DNA of 64,000 bases from Azolla caroliniana (lineage: Eukaryota > Plantae > Polypodiophyta), in assembly GCA_043228905.1 (NCBI GenBank), contig JBHGNT010000018.1:9486001-9550000 (forward strand), given 5' to 3'. The position numbers were made by a program, and so were the translations under genes. This document shows, piece after piece, positions 58,901 to 64,000 of this stretch. Every line of letters begins with the position of its first letter. Positions within the stretch are counted from its first letter, which is position 1. A model generated the notes under the pieces. That model did no database searches and had not been told where the DNA came from. It was given only the letters and a program-made list of their open reading frames with translations.

Positions 58901-61422
58901 ATCTTCGGATGCGAGGCGTACGCCCTTATTCCGAAAGATGATCGCCGAAAACTTGCACCTCGGTCCAGGAAATGCATTTTCCTTGGATATGGATCCGACG
59001 GCGAAATGGGATACCGACTCTGGGACCCCGAACGCAGACAAATCGTTCGAAGTTCGGACGTTGTGTTCAACGAGTCGGCTATGCATCCATCAGTCGAAAA
59101 ACCGATCGAAGTCCGAAGGGTAACATTTTCCGATGTGCCGACCCTTCAAGAAGGCCCCGCTCTTAACACACGGTCAGCTTCACGGGTAGCTGAACCTTAC
59201 ACTACCGACTCGGACAACCCCGACTCGGCACAGCAGAACAATCCGCTTTCGGACCATCCGACCCCGATACCCGATGCGACCAGTCCAATCATACCTCGAC
59301 GATCCGAGAGACTGTCGCAACCTCCGGAGAGGTATTCTCCTGGAATTTTCTTCACCGACGCCGGCGAACCGACGTCCTACGAAGAAGCATCGACATCTGT
59401 CGATTCCGCCACCTGGCATCTGGCGATGGAGTCGGAAATGCACTCCATTCGGGCAAACAAGACTTGGGATCTGGTCGAATTACCTAGGAACCGACGTGCT
59501 CTTCCTTGCAAGTGGGTTTATCGACTAAAAGAGACGTCCGATTCGACCACCCCAAAGTACAAGGCCAGATTAGTTGCGAAGGGCTTCCGACAAGAATATG
59601 GCGTCGACTTCGACGAGATTTTTTCACCAGTGGTGAAAATGACAACCCTTCGTTTTCTGCTCGGCGTCGTGGCAGCCGACAACTTGGAGTTGATTCAGCT
59701 AGATGTCAAAACAGCCTTCCTCCATGGTGATCTTGAAGAGGAAATTTATATGGAGCAGCCAAAAGGCTTCGTGGCGACTGGCCAAGAACATCTAGTCTGC
59801 CGACTCAGGAAGAGTCTATACGGCCTCAAACAGGCACCGCGACAATGGTACAAGAAGTTCGACGACTTCATCCAATCGATCGGCTTCTCCAAAAGCGATG
59901 AGGACCATTGTCTCTTCACCAACACAGCTCAAGATGGATCACCCATCTTCCTCATCATTTACGTGGACGACATGCTAATTTCTGGACGCCACGCGGGCGA
60001 ACTTGCCGATCTCATTCGGCAACTGCGGTTGAAGTTTGCCATGAAGGACCTCGGTCCGGCACGCCACATCCTTGGCATGAAGATTAGTCGGCATCGCGAT
60101 AAACGACATCTTTTTCTGTCTCAGACCGACTATATCCGACGTGTCTTAGAACGCTTCAACATGCAATCAGCCAAATCTGCTTCAACCCCGCTCCCTATGA
60201 ATCTTCGGCTCTCTCAGCGAGACTGCCCGACATCCGGTCCGGAGGGGGAAGATATGAAGTCGGTACCGTATGCACCGGCAGTCGGCTCTCTTATGTACCT
60301 GATGGTCGCGACACGGCCTGATATTTCTCACGCCGTAGGAGTCGTTAGCAGATTTATGCATAACCCTGGCCGATCGCATTGGAACGCAGTCAAGCATGTG
60401 TTCAGATATCTGACTGGCACAAAAGACCATGGCATTCTTTTCGGTCCGAACCGAACCTCAGGCGTAGTCGGTTACACCGACTCGGACTTCGCCGGCTGTA
60501 TAGACAGTCGGAAATCTACAACCGGATACTGCTTCAAATTCGGCAATGGAGCAATCTCGTGGAAGTCGAAACTTCAGGAGTGCACAGCGACCTCAACGAC
60601 CGAAGCAGAATATGTAGCTGCGTCCGACGCAGCAAAAGAAGCTTTATGGCTCGGTCGGCTGGCGCACACGTTTCGACAAGTCGACCATGACTCGGCTCCA
60701 GTTGTCTACAGCGACAGTCAAGGTGCTGTTGCCTTGTCGAAAAATCCGGTTCACCACAACGCCTCCAAACATATCGACGTTCGATATCACTTCGTTCGGG
60801 ACTGCGTCATTTCAGGGAAAATCGGTCTAGAGAAAATATCCACAACCGATAATGTCGCAGATGGAATGACCAAATGTCTCTCGGCAGACCGTTTTCGGTC
60901 TCTTCGGCATCAGATGGGCGTAACGACAAACCAGTCCGGTTAGAGCCGGACACAGAGCAGGATGGTTCCCGAAAACCGACATCAGCTCCTTAATGATCGG
61001 CTTCAACTGTTCCGACCCGACCAGTTCGGTCTTCTGTCTTCGGATCCTGCCGACTCGAACAAAGCTGATATGTCCGAGAACCTAAGTCTATACCTGTAAT
61101 CTTAGATAACCCATGTATACGCCCATTACGGGGGAGTGTCGAATACATGTGTATAATGGACGTATTCACACCATCCCGTTTCGGCCATTTATGTAATTAG
61201 CATAAAGGGTAGTTGCCCTAAGTCGGTCACTATATATAGTGACCTTGTAACCTCTTTGTGAGGTTGGCTGTTGTATTATTACTTTATGCAATAAGAAAGT
61301 CTTTTGTGTCTCTCTCTCTCTCTCTCTCTCTCTGTGCAACGACCTACATTCTGTCATACACAGGGAATAAACAGGAATCGAGTGCTTCAAGATCTTCCGC
61401 ACTGACGACATTGCTTCCAACA
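55978..61422 (+). mobile_element. Ty1/copia element 2 (TAR/Tork-like), intact and very young
   Basis: 286-bp LTRs 55978-56263 and 61137-61422 look identical, TSD GGGAG, PBS TGGTATCAGAGC at 56266, PPT gggggag. Confidence 0.96.
56930..60943 (+). CDS. Copia gag-PR-INT-RT-RH polyprotein (~1337 aa)
   Basis: CNYCKKPGHIKADC, LDSGAS, HSD..DNG..AERMNR, YVDD, DSD..EAEY..DSQ..ADGMTK all intact. Confidence 0.95.
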   Translation: MASTSGSSEMSLRKFDGSNFNFWKEQMQDYLIVKGQIDPIENEEPPEGYKPIEWQKLDRIVRATIRMHLSESVYFTVQSCTTAFELWKTLSDTYEKKVAATKMFLIRRLYNLRMKESDSVQAHLNEYESISSQISSQGTAIEDELRAMILMSSLPSSWETFVTTVCNASTTAVKYSEVTSAILTEAARRKSFAKDSTDDAYVVQGSTDRSNIRGRDSSRPPNNQRRRSQSRDNRICNYCKKPGHIKADCRALKNKNNKKSGRHEEVNYVSFSADVLPDDPNILSIENPVGSEVLLTTEESSTWLLDSGASFHVTPHRSQFRQYTIRHSDSVRVGNSQHCDIIGIGTVELNLAGGSTLVLHNVRHVPELSRPLISVGQLDEDGIRAGFSSGGWTLHRGNLLLARGPKIHSLYPLHVTLREGNLFLVDIPVSSLWHRRLGHLSKAGITHLSRAGYIPKLSFSDHQFCEHCQYGKQVAASHPTSAPRETRPLDLVHSDVCGPMPHQSLGGASYFVSFIDDSTRKVWAYPIRTKDRVFSIFSDWLAMVENQTDRKLKCFRTDNGGEFKSEEFVKFCRQRGIRREFTAPHSPEQNGIAERMNRTIQERIVSMLQHSGLSDGFWAEALLTAVHIINMSPSRPLGLQIPQELWIGSKPNYDKLRIFGCEAYALIPKDDRRKLAPRSRKCIFLGYGSDGEMGYRLWDPERRQIVRSSDVVFNESAMHPSVEKPIEVRRVTFSDVPTLQEGPALNTRSASRVAEPYTTDSDNPDSAQQNNPLSDHPTPIPDATSPIIPRRSERLSQPPERYSPGIFFTDAGEPTSYEEASTSVDSATWHLAMESEMHSIRANKTWDLVELPRNRRALPCKWVYRLKETSDSTTPKYKARLVAKGFRQEYGVDFDEIFSPVVKMTTLRFLLGVVAADNLELIQLDVKTAFLHGDLEEEIYMEQPKGFVATGQEHLVCRLRKSLYGLKQAPRQWYKKFDDFIQSIGFSKSDEDHCLFTNTAQDGSPIFLIIYVDDMLISGRHAGELADLIRQLRLKFAMKDLGPARHILGMKISRHRDKRHLFLSQTDYIRRVLERFNMQSAKSASTPLPMNLRLSQRDCPTSGPEGEDMKSVPYAPAVGSLMYLMVATRPDISHAVGVVSRFMHNPGRSHWNAVKHVFRYLTGTKDHGILFGPNRTSGVVGYTDSDFAGCIDSRKSTTGYCFKFGNGAISWKSKLQECTATSTTEAEYVAASDAAKEALWLGRLAHTFRQVDHDSAPVVYSDSQGAVALSKNPVHHNASKHIDVRYHFVRDCVISGKIGLEKISTTDNVADGMTKCLSADRFRSLRHQMGVTTNQSG

Positions 61423-61427
61423 GGGAG

Positions 61428-62778
61428 CACGCTACAACGACTTGAAGAACTTGCGGAAGATAAAAGCCAAGGGAACCGGGTAGTCCCGGTGGAATCGGTC
61501 GAGATGTACGAGATCATTGCGAAAATGGAGCCGGATACGCTCCGTAAAGAAGAAGCAATGGTAAGTACGAAATACAAGACCGTGGAGAAGAAGGTGAAAC
61601 CGGCCGCGGGACCACTACCCGCCGATAGCGAACAAAAGAGGAAAGAAGTCTCAGGAGATCCGACACTTCGGAAGTCCGTGGATATCGGACATGCCTTCAT
61701 GGATGAGACCCGGAAGAAACTTCGGATCGGTGGAGGTGGGTTCCTATTACAGAAAGAAGAAGAACGGTTTCGCGAGATGTTGGAGCAACACGGCAAAGCG
61801 TTTGCATTTACATCAAGGGAGATAGGGTGCGTCGATCCGAGAATAGTGGAGCTGATGGTGATCTTTACGATTGACCATGTACCGTGGAATCTGAAGCCGA
61901 TTCCGGTGCCACGAGCGCATATTCCGAAAGTCATTGACTTGCTCAAGGAGAAGGTGGCGATGGGGATTCTAGAGCCATCAACTGCTCCGTACTCAAATCG
62001 ATGGTTACGGTTCCGAAGAAGAATGGGTCACTCCGATTTATCCAAGACTTGCAACCGGTGAATAAGGTCACGATCCGGAACTCGGGAGTCGGTCCGATAG
62101 TGGACGAATTTGCGGAAGCTTTTGCCGGTCGTGCGATATACTCCATCGGAGACCTATACTCGGGGTATGACCAATTCCAACTAGCCGTGGAGAGCCGAGA
62201 CATCACAACCATGCGAACACCGATAGGATTAGTCCGAATGTGCACACTACACAAGGAGCGACAAACTCGGTTGCTCATATGATGAACGCGATGAACAAGG
62301 TGCTTCGAGACTGCATTCCGGAGATAACGATGCCGTTCCTCGATGACATTCCGATGAAAGGATGCGCGGTCGAAGAAAAAGATGAGACTATGGATGATCG
62401 GGGATGCCGAAAGTTCGTGGTCGACCATATTCATGCTTGCGAGAAAGTGTTGCGAAAGCTAGAAGATGTGCACCTAACACTTTCCGGGGAGAAATCGGCA
62501 TTCGGGCAAGAAGAAATATTGGTGGTCGGACATCTATGTGGGCCCTACGGCCGAAGACCGTCACCAACAAAGATCGATGCGATTCAAGCTATGGAGGAAG
62601 TATGTGAGTCAACATCCGAAGTCCGAAGGTTTCTCGGTGCATGTGCATTCTATCACATATGGATTCCGCACTATGCACATATAGCGGATCCGCTCTACCA
62701 CTTGTTGCGGAAAGGTAAGAAATTCGAATGGAAACCGGAACACACCAAAGCCATGAAGAAATTGAAGAAGACACTTCG
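61428..62778 (+). pseudogene. Phygy-C RT region (two frameshifts)
   Basis: PWNLKPIP, DLYSGYDQF, FLDD, VRRFLGAC. Confidence 0.88.
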
Positions 62779-62819
62779 TGTTGGGATTACGGTCCCTCCG
62801 GATGGGATGTCCGGAGACG

Positions 62820-63080
62820 AATGACGAGTACCCGGATGCGGAACCGGATGATGAAGAGTACCCGGCATGAAGCCGGATGACGAGTACCCGGATGCGGATC
62901 CGGATGATGAAGAGTACCCGGCATGAAGCCGGATGACGAGTACCCGGATGCGGATCCGGATGATGAAGAGTACCCGGCATGAAGCCGGATGACGAGTACC
63001 CGGCTGCGGATCCGGATGATGAAGACCCTGGCTACGGAGCCGGATGATGAAGACCCCGGCTACGGAGCCGGATGATGAAT
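62820..63080 (+). repeat. CCGG-rich tandem array in the copia-3 U3 (57-bp unit built from ~27-30-bp subunits)
   Basis: Repeats of ccggatgacgagtacccggatgcggatccggatgatgaagagtacccggcatgaag. Confidence 0.9.
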
Positions 63081-63569
63081 TTACCCGGAGAGAGATCCGG
63101 ATGCGGGGACATATTTGTGAATATGTTTGCCAAGAGCCCTTGAGGCTATATTTGTAAATAGCCAGAAAGTCATATGTGTATAAATATGACTTAGGGCAAA
63201 CAGTTTAAATGTTGTTGCTCATTTTTCATGCGTAGTGAGAGCAGCCGAGAGAGAGAGAGAGAGAGAGAGAGATGAAGAGGTCGTTGCCTCTGTGTATTAC
63301 CGCCGCCTGTGGCGAAGACAGTGAGCTAAAGGTTGTTGCCTTGTAGTTTCACCATTGTACACCTCTGTTCATAGTGATAGTTGGAGTTTGAGGACTCCCG
63401 TGGTTTTTCCCATTTAGGGTTTTCCACGTAAAACATCCTGTGTACCTTTCTCTCTGTTGTCTTCGTGCATTTTGTATTTCCTGTTTTCTGAGAGTTGATC
63501 CTATTCCTCGGTGGTGGCCGAGCGCTGTTTGCATCAACAAGTGGTATCAGAGCGACGGTAACACAGAAA

Positions 63570-64000
63570 ATGGAAGGCGGCGGTAGTGGGCCTCCGGGCA
63601 TGATGGTGTTGAACTCACAGAACTACGCCGACTGGAAGATAAAGATGGAAGACCTCCTCATCGTCCGAGACCTGTACGAACCGATCGACAATGCCGAGAT
63701 ACCCAAGGGGGTAATAGAGTCGGAGTGGAAGCTCCTGAACCGGAAAGCCGTAGCGACGATCCGGCAATATGTAGATGTAAGTGTTCTGCAACATGTGGCG
63801 AACGACACCAACGCATATGAGATGTGGAAGAAGCTGTTGGGCCTCTACGAGAGGAAGAATGCGTTGAACCGGACCTCCCTGATGAGGAAGATAGTGAACC
63901 TCAAGTACCGGGACGGCGAGAATATGGTGGAACACGTGAGCACGTTCATGGGATTCGTGAACCAGCTTGCGGCGATCAAATTCCCGTTGGAGGATGCAAT
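63570..64000 (+). CDS. Copia gag N-terminus (partial)
   Basis: Near-identical to the start of the 34083 ORF (NYADWKIKMEDLLIVRD). Confidence 0.9.
   Translation, partial: MEGGGSGPPGMMVLNSQNYADWKIKMEDLLIVRDLYEPIDNAEIPKGVIESEWKLLNRKAVATIRQYVDVSVLQHVANDTNAYEMWKKLLGLYERKNALNRTSLMRKIVNLKYRDGENMVEHVSTFMGFVNQLAAIKFPLEDA

Larger units (their letters stand above)
52956..64000 (+). mobile_element. Phygy-like Ty3/gypsy element C (3' end outside the window)
   Basis: 5' LTR 52956-53658, PBS TGGTGAACCCGACGTGAA at 53663, left flank ACGT; gag-PR 53676-55739; pol 55730-55977 plus 61428-62778. Confidence 0.9.
62779..64000 (+). mobile_element. Ty1/copia element 3 (sister of element 1), 5' part
   Basis: LTR 62779-63539, PBS TGGTATCAGAGC at 63542, gag MEGGGSGPPGMMVLN from 63570. 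Confidence 0.93.

Noticed and set aside
62820-63080. CRISPR-like array
   Set aside because: Units are tandem repeats without unique spacers, inside a eukaryotic LTR, with no cas genes.

Overview
Eukaryotic, gene-free heterochromatin-like window made almost entirely of nested retrotransposons. Tcn1-like chromoviruses, tRNA-Trp-primed Phygy-like Ty3/gypsy elements and Tork/TAR-like Ty1/copia elements occur together, which points to a non-seed land plant such as a bryophyte (inference). Nesting was resolved from LTRs and TSDs. (1) An Athila/Tat-like Ty3 element (3610-13344) lies inside a copia LTR, which lies inside an older Phygy-like LTR. (2) A minus-strand LINE (14645 to the gap at 52562) is split by a Tcn1-like element (15307-51496). 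That element hosts a Phygy-like element (16217-26513, itself holding a gag-only element with a fold-back LTR), two Phygy-like solo LTRs, a copia element and a second Tcn1-like element (37348-50650, holding another Phygy-like element). (3) A third Phygy-like element (from 52956) holds two copia elements. The most unusual signals are: an antisense tRNA-like (Pol III A-box/B-box) module in the U3 of two unrelated Ty3 lineages; 4-bp NCGN target sites for all five Phygy-like insertions; an inverted tRNA-Arg PBS where the polypurine tract should be in the first Ty3 element; and a conserved G_GAU_UUU slippery site plus pseudoknot between protease and RT in the Phygy-like family. All analysis was by eye; no database searches were run.
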